The notes under the pieces are model-generated. The model was given only the letters and a program-made list of their open reading frames with translations, had not been told where the DNA came from and did not search any database. The translations under genes were made by a program, and so were the position numbers. A stretch of DNA of 64,000 bases from contig CAMDWI010000007.1 of NCBI GenBank assembly GCA_945878555.1, positions 67,698 to 131,697 of the forward strand. The letters run 5' to 3'. Position 1 is the first letter of the stretch. Each line of letters starts with the position of its first letter. Below are positions 42,142-52,444 of the stretch, piece by piece. Origin of the DNA: Klebsiella pneumoniae (GTDB lineage Bacteria > Pseudomonadota > Gammaproteobacteria > Eutrophobiales > Eutrophobiaceae).

Positions 42142-42321
42142 GGGTATCAACCGTTCTGACGTTGAAAGCGCTGAACTTGAACCAATAGTTCAAGTGGGGA
42201 CAGCGTGTGACATATCAGGCTTCCCTTGCGGGCATGCACAACAACATCACGATTAGCCCCCGGGGTTATGTAATTAGGCTCAAGTTACCCTGCCTTGTTA
42301 CGCGCAGTCCAGAAGATACCC
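42142..42321 (-). ncRNA. ssrS: 6S RNA (SsrS)
   Basis: - Position: immediately downstream of zapA on the same strand, as in E. coli.
- Promoter: minus-strand TTTACT-17nt-AAATAT at 42329..42357, with the transcription start near 42321.
- Closing stem: 5' GGGUAUCUUCUGG pairs with 3' CAGAACGGUUGAUACCC.
- Conserved 3'-arm hairpin: CUUGAACUAUUGGUUCAAG (E. coli has CUUGAACCAAGGGUUCAAG).
- Length: about 180 nt.
- Terminator: an 11-bp hairpin plus GUUUUU at 42088..42130. Confidence 0.55.
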
Positions 42322-42360
42322 AAGGTGAATATTTTCAGACGGACGATCACCAGTAAATCT

Positions 42361-42675
42361 CTACCGGATTTCCAGTTGTTTGCCACTGGTCAATGCGTCA
42401 TCCAGTTTGTTACGCAAGCGCTGGATCGTCTTGTCTATGGTTTTAGTATAGTCAGCATTCTGGCGTTTGTATGCAAGAAGTTCATGTGCAATGTTCAACG
42501 CAGCCATCACCGCAATGCGCTCGGAGCCGATGACCTTGCCTCCGTCTTTTGCGTCTTTCATTTTCATATTCAGGAAGGTGACAGCAGTATGTAACTGCTC
42601 ACGTTCGCTATCGTCACATGAAATCAGGTATTCCTTGTCGAGTATTCGTACAGTGACTGGTTTGGGGTTGCTCAT
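42361..42675 (-). CDS. zapA: cell division protein ZapA
   Basis: 104 aa. Contains VTVRILDKEYLISCDDSEREQL...IAVMAALNIAHELL. Confidence 0.85.
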   Translation of the reverse strand: MSNPKPVTVRILDKEYLISCDDSEREQLHTAVTFLNMKMKDAKDGGKVIGSERIAVMAALNIAHELLAYKRQNADYTKTIDKTIQRLRNKLDDALTSGKQLEIR

Positions 42676-42896
42676 GTCCGTGTTTCCATCGCCCGCAGAC
42701 GGGTAATCATCGATTCAATACGTACCCTGGCCTGCTCGGTTTTTTCAATCAGACTGGAACGCTCATTCACCATGTGTTCCTGCTGCGAGCGTAAGGTGAT
42801 GTTCTCGGACTTTAGAGTATCTACCGTGCGGATCAATTCATCCACACGCGCTTCAAGTGCAGCAAGGTCAAGGTTTTCACTGTTTTTTTCGTTCAT
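42672..42896 (-). CDS. small coiled-coil protein (TIGR02449-like, ZapB-like) upstream of zapA
   Basis: 74 aa, entirely heptad-like coiled coil. Overlaps the zapA start by 4 nt. Same position as the TIGR02449 gene in Pseudomonas. Confidence 0.6.
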   Translation of the reverse strand: MNEKNSENLDLAALEARVDELIRTVDTLKSENITLRSQQEHMVNERSSLIEKTEQARVRIESMITRLRAMETRT

Positions 42897-43072
42897 GGTC
42901 GAAACATTTTCTTGTATAAATTATGTAAAAACGCGTGTACATCATACCATCCAATATAGGGTGCCGCCTGATTACGGTCAACAGCCGATATTGGTGATTT
43001 ACTTTTACTACTTGAACCCGGATGATGTTGCCCTGCAAAATACCCGCTTATTCTGGAGAATCCGGTCGAATT

Positions 43073-43627
43073 ATGCTGAATTATAATGAGTTAAGCGAGT
43101 TATTGCGACTGTCCGACGCTGCAGCTCATGCCGCTGATTGTCATGGATTTTTGTGCGGCCATCTGTGTGTCAATGACACACCTGACCCGGAGATCTGGGA
43201 AGAGTATCTGGATCTGCAGACAGAAGTGGACTCCCTGGTCGATGAGTGCCGTGAAGAGATCGAGCTGCTGCTGACGGAAACCCGAAGGAACCTGGATGCA
43301 CCTGAACTGGATTTTCATCCGCTGTTACCTGACGACGATGCGCCACTGGCAGACCGTGTCGTAGCGCTCAGTGAGTGGTGTTATGGTTTCCTCAACGGAT
43401 TTGCGTTGGGACAACATTCTGCAACTGTGTTGGGAAATGAGGAAGGCAAGGAACTGATCGAAAACTTCACCCGTGTTTGCCAGCTCGAGGCCAGTGAAAT
43501 GGCGGATGAAAGCGACGAACAGGCATTGTTTGAACTGGTGGAATATGTACGCATCGGCGCAATTTATATCTATGACCTGCTGCAACCTTCCGGTGTGGCA
43601 GCCGACAAACCGGAGACCTACCATTAA
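43073..43627 (+). CDS. ygfB: UPF0149 family protein YgfB
   Basis: Aligns to E. coli YgfB (MLNYNELSELL... ending EYVRIGAIYIY). Divergent from zapA as in E. coli. A GGAGAA ribosome-binding site precedes the chosen Met. Confidence 0.8.
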   Translation: MLNYNELSELLRLSDAAAHAADCHGFLCGHLCVNDTPDPEIWEEYLDLQTEVDSLVDECREEIELLLTETRRNLDAPELDFHPLLPDDDAPLADRVVALSEWCYGFLNGFALGQHSATVLGNEEGKELIENFTRVCQLEASEMADESDEQALFELVEYVRIGAIYIYDLLQPSGVAADKPETYH

Positions 43628-44937
43628 TGGATAAAAAGGAATATTCACGGCGCCGGAAACGGCTGATGGACATGATGGGTGACCAGAGTGTTGCCATTAT
43701 ACCCACCTCACCAGTGTCGATACGTAATCGCGATGTAGAGTTTTCATTCCGGCCCGAGAGTGATTTTTATTACCTGACCGGATATTCCGAACCCGAAGCG
43801 GTCGCCGTACTCATACCCGATCGGCATCACGGAGAATATGTGCTGTTCTGTCGTGAACGGGATGAAAAGATGGAAATCTGGAACGGGCGACGTGCCGGAC
43901 TTGAAGGTGCCTGTGATATATACGGTGCCAATGATGCATTCCCGATTGAGGACATGGACGATATCCTGCCAGGATTGCTGGAGGATCGGGAACGCATCTA
44001 CTACACAATGGGTAATAATGCACCGTTTGATCATCGGGTGCTCGGCTGGGTCAATCAGGTACGCAAACGCATCCGAACCGGGGTCAAATCGCCGGACGAG
44101 TTTATTTCGCTGAACCACCTGCTGCACGAGATGCGTCTGTTCAAAAGCCGTGATGAAGTTTCACTGATGCGCAAGGCGGCGAAGATCGCCGCCAGTGCAC
44201 ACAAACGTGCAATGCGTATATGCAAACCCGGCATGATGGAATACCAGATTGAGGCAGAATTACTCCATGAGTTCATGCTGAATGGTGCACGTTCTCCGGC
44301 CTATCCGTCCATCGTCGGTGGAGGTGCAAACAGCTGCATCCTGCACTACACCGAAAACTCGGACGAACTGAAAGACGGTGACATCCTGCTGATCGACGCG
44401 GGGGCAGAATACGGTAACTACGCCAGTGATATATCGCGCACCTTCCCGGTCAACGGTACCTACTCACGCGAACAACGCCAGATCTATGAACTGGTACTCG
44501 ACGCCAATCTGGCAGCAATCAACGAGGTAAAGCCCGGCAACCACTGGAATGACCCCCACGATACCGCCGTCAATGTACTGACCGAGGGCCTGTTGTCACT
44601 GGGCATCCTCAAAGGCAAGTTGTCTGCCCTGATCAAGGAACAGGCCTACAAGAAATATTTCATGCACCGCACCGGCCACTGGCTGGGTATGGATGTGCAC
44701 GATGTGGGTGATTACAAGCTGGACGGTGAATGGCGCAAACTGGAGCCCGGCATGGTAACAACAATCGAACCAGGTTTATATTTCTCGCCGCACAAGGGAC
44801 TGTCGAGCAAATGGTGGAACATCGGTGTGCGCATCGAAGATGACGTGCTGGTCACCCGCGATGGTAATGAGGTAATGACCCGGGATGTACCCAAGGCGGT
44901 TGACGAGATTGAGGCATTGATGGCGGGTGCCGGTTGA
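43627..44937 (+). CDS. pepP: Xaa-Pro aminopeptidase
   Basis: 436 aa M24B peptidase. Contains HRTGHWLGMDVHD. The ATG overlaps the ygfB TAA. Confidence 0.85.
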   Translation: MDKKEYSRRRKRLMDMMGDQSVAIIPTSPVSIRNRDVEFSFRPESDFYYLTGYSEPEAVAVLIPDRHHGEYVLFCRERDEKMEIWNGRRAGLEGACDIYGANDAFPIEDMDDILPGLLEDRERIYYTMGNNAPFDHRVLGWVNQVRKRIRTGVKSPDEFISLNHLLHEMRLFKSRDEVSLMRKAAKIAASAHKRAMRICKPGMMEYQIEAELLHEFMLNGARSPAYPSIVGGGANSCILHYTENSDELKDGDILLIDAGAEYGNYASDISRTFPVNGTYSREQRQIYELVLDANLAAINEVKPGNHWNDPHDTAVNVLTEGLLSLGILKGKLSALIKEQAYKKYFMHRTGHWLGMDVHDVGDYKLDGEWRKLEPGMVTTIEPGLYFSPHKGLSSKWWNIGVRIEDDVLVTRDGNEVMTRDVPKAVDEIEALMAGAG

Positions 44938-44970
44938 TACTGTGGCCATTGTTACAAGACAATCCGAAAG

Positions 44971-45169
44971 GATCGGTACCCCGGTATGCTTGTTCAAGAC
45001 ACGCCGTAAATACATCCATGTAGGCTCGGGTGCCGCTTTCATCGCTGCGCGTCCCGCTACGCTCGAAAGTCCAGCCCGGTACATCCCTGTACCGGGCGCA
45101 AGCGGCTCCTTAACCCGCCGCTTGCCCATGCGGCACACGGTCTCTCACAAGCATACCGGGGTACCGATC
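44971..45169. repeat. structured intergenic repeat, copy 3 (A orientation), with about 93 bp nested in its central hairpin
   Basis: Perfect 22-bp flanking inverted repeat, gatcggtaccccggtatgcttg / caagcataccggggtaccgatc. The conserved core is interrupted between GTGCCGC and GGCAC by about 93 bp, which itself contains a hairpin (cccggtacatccctgtaccggg). Confidence 0.7.
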
Positions 45170-45189
45170 TGACATATCCCGCAAAACTG

Positions 45190-46419
45190 TTGGAGGGCGA
45201 TTACGACATCGCGATCATCGGCGGCGGCCTCGCCGGCGCGAGCCTGGCTTGCAGTCTGGCCGGCCAGTCCCTGCGTATTGCCGTCATTGAACAGGTAGCG
45301 GCAGATGCAGATGAGCAGCCCAGTTATGATGACCGCGGACTGGCGCTGGCGCTGTCATCGCAACGTATCCTGAATGCCATTGGCGTCTGGCCCGATCTCG
45401 CAGCACGATCAGTACCTATCCACCATATCCATATCAGTGAAAAGGGCCGGTTTGGAATGGTGCATTTACATGCCGCTGATCTGGATCTGGCCGCACTTGG
45501 CCATGTGGTGATGGCACGTGACCTCGGGGCGGCGCTGTTACGCAAGACGACCTCACTGACAAACACTGACTTTATCTGCCCTGCCAGCGTTACCGATATC
45601 CGGAATACAGGACCGGTTATTGAAGTGGATTATCGACATAACGAACAGTTGTCGACATTACGTTGCAGACTGCTGGTCGGCGCAGACGGTACAGGATCTG
45701 CAATACGCAACAAACTGGGCATAGAAACAACTGTGAAGGATTATGGACAGACTGCCATTGTCTCGAATGTGACACCGGAGCTGGCGCATAACAATACCGC
45801 CTATGAACGCTTTACCCCCCAGGGGCCGATCGCGATGTTGCCTGTTTCTGAAGGGCGCTGTGTAGCCGTACATATCGTTGCCAGCAGACTGAAGGACGAT
45901 TATCTGGCGCTGGACGACGCTGCCTATCTGGACACGATACAACAGGATTTTGGCACGCGGCTGGGACGTATGCAGAAGTCAGGCAAGCGCAAGAGTTATC
46001 CGATCCGGCTGGTTCAGGCGAACCGGCAATATACTGAACGCGCTGTGTTACTCGGCAACTCGGTACACACGATACACCCGAACGGCGCACAGGGTTTTAA
46101 TCTGGGCCTGCGGGATACCGCTGCACTGGCTGAACATATTATCGAGGCGGTGCAGCGTGGTGATGACCCTGGCAGCGTGCATGTACTGGAGACATACACA
46201 CATGCTCGTCTGCAGGACCAGTCCCGAGTAGTGCGATTTAGCGATACGATTGCCGGCATGTTCTATAACGACAATCCGGTAAAGGTGCTGATCAGAAACC
46301 TCGGAATGCTCGCACTCGACCTGTCCCTGCCGATGAAACGGCGACTCATCCGCCAGGCAACCGGCCTGGCAGGCAGACAAGCTGCGCTGGTCAGGCAGGG
46401 CATGGATACGCTGCGATGA
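45190..46419 (+). CDS. ubiH: 2-octaprenyl-6-methoxyphenol hydroxylase (FAD-dependent)
   Basis: TTG start. DIAIIGGGLAGASLA FAD-binding motif. Conserved pepP-ubiH-ubiI order. Confidence 0.8.
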   Translation: MEGDYDIAIIGGGLAGASLACSLAGQSLRIAVIEQVAADADEQPSYDDRGLALALSSQRILNAIGVWPDLAARSVPIHHIHISEKGRFGMVHLHAADLDLAALGHVVMARDLGAALLRKTTSLTNTDFICPASVTDIRNTGPVIEVDYRHNEQLSTLRCRLLVGADGTGSAIRNKLGIETTVKDYGQTAIVSNVTPELAHNNTAYERFTPQGPIAMLPVSEGRCVAVHIVASRLKDDYLALDDAAYLDTIQQDFGTRLGRMQKSGKRKSYPIRLVQANRQYTERAVLLGNSVHTIHPNGAQGFNLGLRDTAALAEHIIEAVQRGDDPGSVHVLETYTHARLQDQSRVVRFSDTIAGMFYNDNPVKVLIRNLGMLALDLSLPMKRRLIRQATGLAGRQAALVRQGMDTLR

Positions 46420-47651
46420 GACTTTACCAGACCGAGGTTGCCATCGCCGGTGCCGGACTGAGTGGCCGAACGCTGGCTAACCTGTTGTCCCGCAATGGTG
46501 TCTCCAGCGTTATAGTCGATACGACCAGGGCAGTTCCGGCAAACACCGTAACTGTTCCGGATCCACGGACACTTGCAATCACGCCGGCGTCGGCCAATAT
46601 CCTTGCTTCTATACATATCTGGCAGCGGCTTCCACGTGAACGTATCGGCACATTCAGCCAGATGCATGTCTGGGACGAAACCACCGGCAGTGAGATCCGG
46701 TTTGACAGTGCCGAGATCTGTGAACCTGCACTTGGATACATCATTGAACAACAGTTACTGGAACAACAGCTGGAACAGGCCTGCACCTACCTGCCAGACT
46801 GCACCTCGATCCGTCACTGTCAAATCGCGTCGATCGTGAACAGTGAGGCAGGAATCGGACTGGAACTGACGAACGGAGATCGCATCCAGGCGGAGTTACT
46901 GGTCGCTGCAGATGGGAGCCATTCCCCGGTCCGCAAACTGGCCGGACTGGATGGTGCACGTCATGATTACCACCAGCAGGCCATTACCTGCACGGTGACC
47001 AGCCGCCTCGCACATGAGAATGTCGCCCGACAACGTTTCCTGTCTACCGGACCACTCGCCTTCCTGCCACTGGCAGACCCGCACCGTTGCGGTATTGTCT
47101 GGTCTACCACACCGGAACACGCCAGGGAACTGCTGGCGATGGAAGAACCCGGATTTTGCCTGGCCCTGCAACAGGCCTTCGAACACCGGCTGGGCGAGAT
47201 CACCTCCTGCGGGAAGCGTGGAGGATTCAACCTGTACAGCGCCAATGCACCCGCTTATATCGCTGACAGGCTGGCACTGGTCGGTGATGCCGCCCACACA
47301 ATACATCCTCTGGCCGGTCAGGGCGCCAATATGGGACTACTCGATGTTGCCGTGTTGTCGGAGCTTATCCTGGAAGCCAGGGCCAGACAGCGTGCGATTT
47401 ACTCACGGCAGCTGTTGCGGCGTTATGAACGCTGGCGCAGAACGGATAATCATTGTATGCAACTGGGGCTGGACGGGATAAAAACACTGTTCGCCTCCCG
47501 GAACAACGCACTCGTGAACCTGCGCCGGTTTGGGCTGGATACAGTAAATTCGATTCCCTGGATAAAATCCGCGATAATGCAACACGCGATGGGACTGGAA
47601 GGAGACCTTCCGGTCACTGCAAAACGACCCATGCACCCCGAGATGATTTAA
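46416..47651 (+). CDS. ubiI: FAD-dependent 2-octaprenylphenol hydroxylase (UbiI/VisC)
   Basis: [18 protein letters not shown]-binding motif. Overlaps the ubiH stop. Its position after ubiH supports the call. Confidence 0.75.
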   Translation: MRLYQTEVAIAGAGLSGRTLANLLSRNGVSSVIVDTTRAVPANTVTVPDPRTLAITPASANILASIHIWQRLPRERIGTFSQMHVWDETTGSEIRFDSAEICEPALGYIIEQQLLEQQLEQACTYLPDCTSIRHCQIASIVNSEAGIGLELTNGDRIQAELLVAADGSHSPVRKLAGLDGARHDYHQQAITCTVTSRLAHENVARQRFLSTGPLAFLPLADPHRCGIVWSTTPEHARELLAMEEPGFCLALQQAFEHRLGEITSCGKRGGFNLYSANAPAYIADRLALVGDAAHTIHPLAGQGANMGLLDVAVLSELILEARARQRAIYSRQLLRRYERWRRTDNHCMQLGLDGIKTLFASRNNALVNLRRFGLDTVNSIPWIKSAIMQHAMGLEGDLPVTAKRPMHPEMI

Positions 47652-49324
47652 TGACTGAAACAAGCAATACCGCCAGCTCGAATTTTATCCGTCGCATAAT
47701 TGAAACCGACCTGGAAAATAACAGCACGGCTGGCCGGGTACATACCCGATTTCCACCGGAACCCAATGGCTACCTGCATATAGGCCATGCCAAATCGATC
47801 TGTATCAATTTCGGGCTGGCGCATGAGTTCAAGGGCAAATGCAACCTGCGATTCGACGACACCAACCCCGAGAAGGAGGATGTCGAATACGTTGAGTCGA
47901 TCATTGAGGACGTACGCTGGCTCGGCTTTGACTGGGAAGACCGTAAGTACTTCGCCTCCGACTATTTCGAGCAATTATATAAATATGCCGTGCAATTGAT
48001 CCGTCTGGACAAGGCATACGTCGACGAACTGAACGCCGACCAGATACGTGAATATCGCGGCACCCTGACCGAACCGGGTCGACCCAGCCCGTGGCGGGAT
48101 CGCCCCGCCAGCGAGAGTATCGACCTGTTTGAAAGAATGAAGCTGGGCGAGTTTGCTGACGGTCAGTATGTCGTCCGTGCAAAAATCGATATGGCCTCAC
48201 CTAACCTGAACATGCGTGACCCGGTCATCTTCCGTATACGTAATGCCCATCATCATCGTACCGGTAATACCTGGAAGATCTACCCTATGTATGATTATGC
48301 CCACTGCCTGTCCGATGCAATCGAGAACATTACCCATTCGATCTGCACACTTGAATTCGAGGACCACCGCCCGTTATATGACTGGGTGCTGGACACGCTG
48401 CAAACACCGGCACGGCCACATCAGTATGAGTTTGCCCGGTTAAATCTCGACTACACGGTGCTTAGCAAACGCAAACTGATCGAACTGGTCCGGGACCGGC
48501 ATGTCTCCGGCTGGAATGACCCACGGATGCCTACGCTGTCCGGATTACGCCGTCGCGGCTACACGCCGGCCGCACTGCGCAACTTCTGCGAGGTCATCGG
48601 CGTGACCAAAAATGACACCCGTATCGATCCAGTCATCCTTGAGAATGCCTTGAGAGATGACCTTGGCGAGACTGCACAAAGGGCAATGGCCGTTCTGAGG
48701 CCTCTGCGCGTTGTCATTGATAACTACCCTGACTCGACTGAACAGCTGGATGCGATGAACCATCCACAGAAGCCGGAAATGGGTACACGCAAGATACCTT
48801 TCGGCAAGGTCATCTATATCGAGCAGGATGATTTCATGGAAGATGCCCCGAAAAACTTTTACCGGCTTGCCCCTGGCCGTGAAGTCCGGCTCCGCTATGC
48901 GTATCTGTTGACCTGCCGTGAGGTAATCAAAAACAGCGCTGGCGAGATTATTGAATTACGCTGCACCTATGACCCCGAGACCCGGGGTGGTAATGCACCG
49001 GACGGCAGGAAGGTGAAAGGGACGATTCATTGGGTCGCCGAGACCGGCGCTATCCGGGCCGAGGTGCGACTCTACGACCGTCTGTTCACCATTGCCAATC
49101 CTGAAAAACAGGAAGACTGGAAGGCGTCATTTAACATGGCGTCCATAGAAACACTGAACAACTGCATGCTTGAACCGTCCCTGCAGGACGCAAACGTCGG
49201 GGTTTCCTACCAGTTTGAAAGACTCGGTTATTTTGCAGCAGACCCGGTCGAGCATACGGTAAATAAACCGGTATTCAACCGCTCAGTAACATTGAAGGAC
49301 ACCTGGGCGAAAGTTTCTAGATAA
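47651..49324 (+). CDS. glnS: glutaminyl-tRNA synthetase
   Basis: Class I HIGH motif ([13 protein letters not shown]) and the KMSKS-like region. Start set at MTETSN, in a TAATG overlap with ubiI; the track ORF extends upstream inside ubiI. Confidence 0.9.
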   Translation: MTETSNTASSNFIRRIIETDLENNSTAGRVHTRFPPEPNGYLHIGHAKSICINFGLAHEFKGKCNLRFDDTNPEKEDVEYVESIIEDVRWLGFDWEDRKYFASDYFEQLYKYAVQLIRLDKAYVDELNADQIREYRGTLTEPGRPSPWRDRPASESIDLFERMKLGEFADGQYVVRAKIDMASPNLNMRDPVIFRIRNAHHHRTGNTWKIYPMYDYAHCLSDAIENITHSICTLEFEDHRPLYDWVLDTLQTPARPHQYEFARLNLDYTVLSKRKLIELVRDRHVSGWNDPRMPTLSGLRRRGYTPAALRNFCEVIGVTKNDTRIDPVILENALRDDLGETAQRAMAVLRPLRVVIDNYPDSTEQLDAMNHPQKPEMGTRKIPFGKVIYIEQDDFMEDAPKNFYRLAPGREVRLRYAYLLTCREVIKNSAGEIIELRCTYDPETRGGNAPDGRKVKGTIHWVAETGAIRAEVRLYDRLFTIANPEKQEDWKASFNMASIETLNNCMLEPSLQDANVGVSYQFERLGYFAADPVEHTVNKPVFNRSVTLKDTWAKVSR

Positions 49325-49352
49325 CTGTTCCAGATTCCCACGAAAACCGGGA

Positions 49353-49464
49353 ATCAGCCGTCTGGTTATAATTGTGAAAGACCGTTAGCCGCATGGATGC
49401 GGCGCTCGAGCGTACATGGATGTATTCACAGCGTGTCTTGAACGATTATAACCAGACGGCTGAT
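49353..49464. repeat. structured intergenic repeat, copy 4 (A' orientation)
   Basis: Perfect 20-bp flanking inverted repeat, atcagccgtctggttataat / attataaccagacggctgat, around the core tgtgaaagaccgttagccgcatggatgcggcgctcgagcgtacatggatgtattcacagcgtgtcttgaacg. Lies downstream of glnS. Confidence 0.7.
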
Positions 49465-49489
49465 CTGGCAGGATGTACGGATCGGTTCT

Positions 49490-50275
49490 TTAAATATTCC
49501 GGCCGTAGAAAATCTCGTTCATCTCCTGCTTCAGACTTGTCTCAATCCGTTCGCGCTGGTCTTTTTTAAGGTCATCAGCCTCGACGTGGAACAGGTAGGT
49601 GTTCAGATCGAAATCTTTCAGCAACATCTTCGTATGGAAGATGTTTTCCTGATAGATATTCACATCGATCATCTGGTAACGGTCCTGTGTCTCCTGATCA
49701 ATGTAATTCTGTATTGAATTTATCTGGTGATCAATAAAGTGCTTGTTGCCTATGACATCACGGGTAAATCCGCGTACGCGGTAGTCTATCGTCAGGATGT
49801 CTGACTCGAAACTGTGGATCAGGAAGTTCAGGGCCTTCAGTGGCGAGATCATGCCGCAGGTACTGACATCGATGTCGGCGCGGAATGTACTGATACCGAA
49901 ATCCGGATGACTCTCGGGGTAGGTGTGCACAGTGAGGTGACTCTTGTCGAGATGTGCAACGACCGCCTCAGGGACCGGTCCTGGTTCCTCGCTATTGTTC
50001 ATACCTTCGGGTGCATGGCCTTCCTCTGATATCAGAATGGTCACACTCGCACCCAGCGGGTCATAATCTGCCTTGGCAATATTCAGGATCTTGGCACCGA
50101 TAATATTGGCAACATCTTCCAGGATCTGGGTCAACCGCTCGGCGTTATAGGCCTCGTCGATATAGTCCATGTATTCCTGGTTCTGCGCATCGGTAACCGC
50201 ATAGCAAACATCATAGATGTTGAAGCTGAGGGTCTTGGTCAGATTGTTAAAGCCGTGTAGACGTATTTTATCCAT
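49490..50275 (-). CDS. speD: S-adenosylmethionine decarboxylase proenzyme
   Basis: Begins [26 protein letters not shown], matching E. coli SpeD ([24 protein letters not shown]). Confidence 0.85.
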   Translation of the reverse strand: MDKIRLHGFNNLTKTLSFNIYDVCYAVTDAQNQEYMDYIDEAYNAERLTQILEDVANIIGAKILNIAKADYDPLGASVTILISEEGHAPEGMNNSEEPGPVPEAVVAHLDKSHLTVHTYPESHPDFGISTFRADIDVSTCGMISPLKALNFLIHSFESDILTIDYRVRGFTRDVIGNKHFIDHQINSIQNYIDQETQDRYQMIDVNIYQENIFHTKMLLKDFDLNTYLFHVEADDLKKDQRERIETSLKQEMNEIFYGRNI

Positions 50276-50429
50276 TCACGAGTTCCGCCATGAGTGGTTG
50301 GAAGAAGTTGTTCAAGCGCACGCACATTACACGAGACTCATTACATATTAAAGAAAAAACTTCCATTTATTTGGCACACGCGCCCAAGGTGTGGGAAAAT
50401 GGCAATAAAACCGCTGGAATACTAACCTG

Positions 50430-51326
50430 ATGAAACCTGAAACTGACACACTTTACCGCTCCGAAATCAGCAGTCTCAAACTGCTTAACAGTGGCAAGGT
50501 ACGCGATATCTACGCTGTCGATGATCAGCATATGCTGATCGTCACTTCCGATCGCATCTCCGCCTTTGATGTCGTTATGCCGGATCCGATTCCGGGCAAG
50601 GGCAAGGTGCTCACTGCCGTATCGAACTTCTGGTTTGAACGCTTCAGGGATCTGCTGCCGAACCACCTGAGTAATCTCACACTGGAACAGGTGCTGCCTG
50701 ATCCGACAGAAAGACAGCCGATAATAGGCAGGGGCATCGTGGTCAAAAAACTGAAACCGTTACCGGTGGAAGCAATTATCCGTGGCTACCTTATAGGGTC
50801 AGGCTGGAAAGATTACCAGAACAGTGGTGCTGTCTGCGGAATCACGCTGCCAGCGGGCTTGCGTCAGGCTGAAAAACTGGCGGAACCGCTGTTCACACCG
50901 TCCACGAAGGCCGAGATGGGTGCACACGATGAAAACATCAGCTTTGACACCGCCGTTGGCCTGCTCGGACGTGAAGTAGCGGAAAAGGTCCGTGATTGCA
51001 GTCTGCTGATCTATAAAAAGGCTGCTGAATATGCGCTTACACGCGGCATCATCATAGCCGACACCAAGTTTGAGTTCGGACTGGATGACAACGGCGTGGT
51101 TCACCTGATAGACGAGGCGTTGACTCCGGACTCCTCACGGTTCTGGCCGGCAGATTCATATCAGGTTGGTACCAGCCCGCCCAGCTTTGATAAACAATAC
51201 CTGCGTGACTATCTGGAAACACTGGACTGGAACAAGACCGCACCCGGACCGAAACTGCCTGAACACGTTATTGCCAACACGGCGGCCAAATACCGCGAAG
51301 CGCAAACGATACTGACGGGGAAATGA
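50430..51326 (+). CDS. purC: phosphoribosylaminoimidazole-succinocarboxamide synthase
   Basis: 298 aa long-form SAICAR synthetase. Contains GKVRDIY and [12 protein letters not shown]. Confidence 0.9.
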   Translation: MKPETDTLYRSEISSLKLLNSGKVRDIYAVDDQHMLIVTSDRISAFDVVMPDPIPGKGKVLTAVSNFWFERFRDLLPNHLSNLTLEQVLPDPTERQPIIGRGIVVKKLKPLPVEAIIRGYLIGSGWKDYQNSGAVCGITLPAGLRQAEKLAEPLFTPSTKAEMGAHDENISFDTAVGLLGREVAEKVRDCSLLIYKKAAEYALTRGIIIADTKFEFGLDDNGVVHLIDEALTPDSSRFWPADSYQVGTSPPSFDKQYLRDYLETLDWNKTAPGPKLPEHVIANTAAKYREAQTILTGK

Positions 51327-51382
51327 TGTGAAGTGCTGCCAGGCCGAAATTTATCGGCCTGGCAGCGGGAACCACCCGGGCC

Positions 51383-52408
51383 TTATTTCATGTCCGGGGT
51401 ATATTTGCCCAGACTGGCGTAGCCGTTGCACTTCTCACGGTGCAGCAGGACCTCTTGCGCCTTCGCCACATTCTCAGGCTTGCCGGCCCAGGCCTTCAGA
51501 CATGGCTCCTGCAAGGCACGTCCATACGAGAAGCTGAGCGGCCAGGGCAAGGAAGGATATGCCGCATTCATCGCATTAAGATGGGCCGTTGCCAGCTCGG
51601 CACTCTGACCACCGGAAAGGAACACGATACCGGGGATGATCGCAGGCACTGTCGTGCGCAGGCAGCGCACCGTTTTTTCCGCCACTTCATCTACACTGGC
51701 CTGTACCGGACACAGCTTGCCGGATACGACCATGTTGACCTTCAGGATAGTATGCTCGTACGCAACTCCCTGCTTGTCCAGCTCACTGAACAAGGCCTGT
51801 AGCGTGGAAGCGGTAACGTCATAACAGGTATCTATCGTGTTATCGGCATCCATCAACACTTCCGGTTCGACCATGGGGACAATACCGGCTTCCTGACACA
51901 GGGCCGCGTAGCGGGCCAGTGCATGGGTATTCACGCGGATACAGGCGCTGGTCGGGATACCCTTACCGATCGTGATCACGGCACGCCATTTGGCAAATTT
52001 GGCACCCAGCTGACGGTATTCGACCAGTCTCTCGCGCAAGCCGTCCAGACCTTCGGTAACTACCTCGCCATCAAAACCTGACAGCGCCTTGGTACCCTTG
52101 TCGACCTTGATGCCCGGCATGATACCCTGGTCCATCAGTGCCTTCGGGAACGGTACACCCTTGCTGGTCGACTGCCGCATCGTTTCATCGTACAGAATCA
52201 TGCCGCTGATAAATTCCGCTGAACCCGGTGCGGTGATCAAAAGATCACGGTAGGCACGGCGGTTCTCTTCAGTCGAGGGCAGATTGATCGTCTTGAAGCG
52301 TTTTTCGATGGTTGGCGCACTCTCGTCTATAGCGAGTACACCCTTGCCCTTTGCTACCATCGCTTTGGCTGTTGCTTCCAGTTCTTGTGCATATTTGCTC
52401 ATATTCAA
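51383..52408 (-). CDS. fba: class I fructose-bisphosphate aldolase
   Basis: 341 aa. Contains KGVLAIDESAPTIEKRF and YDETMRQ, typical of class I (Schiff-base) aldolase. Confidence 0.85.
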   Translation of the reverse strand: MNMSKYAQELEATAKAMVAKGKGVLAIDESAPTIEKRFKTINLPSTEENRRAYRDLLITAPGSAEFISGMILYDETMRQSTSKGVPFPKALMDQGIMPGIKVDKGTKALSGFDGEVVTEGLDGLRERLVEYRQLGAKFAKWRAVITIGKGIPTSACIRVNTHALARYAALCQEAGIVPMVEPEVLMDADNTIDTCYDVTASTLQALFSELDKQGVAYEHTILKVNMVVSGKLCPVQASVDEVAEKTVRCLRTTVPAIIPGIVFLSGGQSAELATAHLNAMNAAYPSLPWPLSFSYGRALQEPCLKAWAGKPENVAKAQEVLLHREKCNGYASLGKYTPDMK

Positions 52409-52444
52409 AACTCCTGTCAGGTCTCTACAGTTCCGGATTATTGA

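Noticed and set aside
42118-42360. 6S RNA encoded on the plus strand
   Set aside because: Because the RNA is largely self-complementary, both strands show the conserved CTTGAAC...GTTCAAG hairpin. However the sigma70-like promoter, the terminator with a U-tract, and the conserved zapA-ssrS co-orientation all favour the minus strand.
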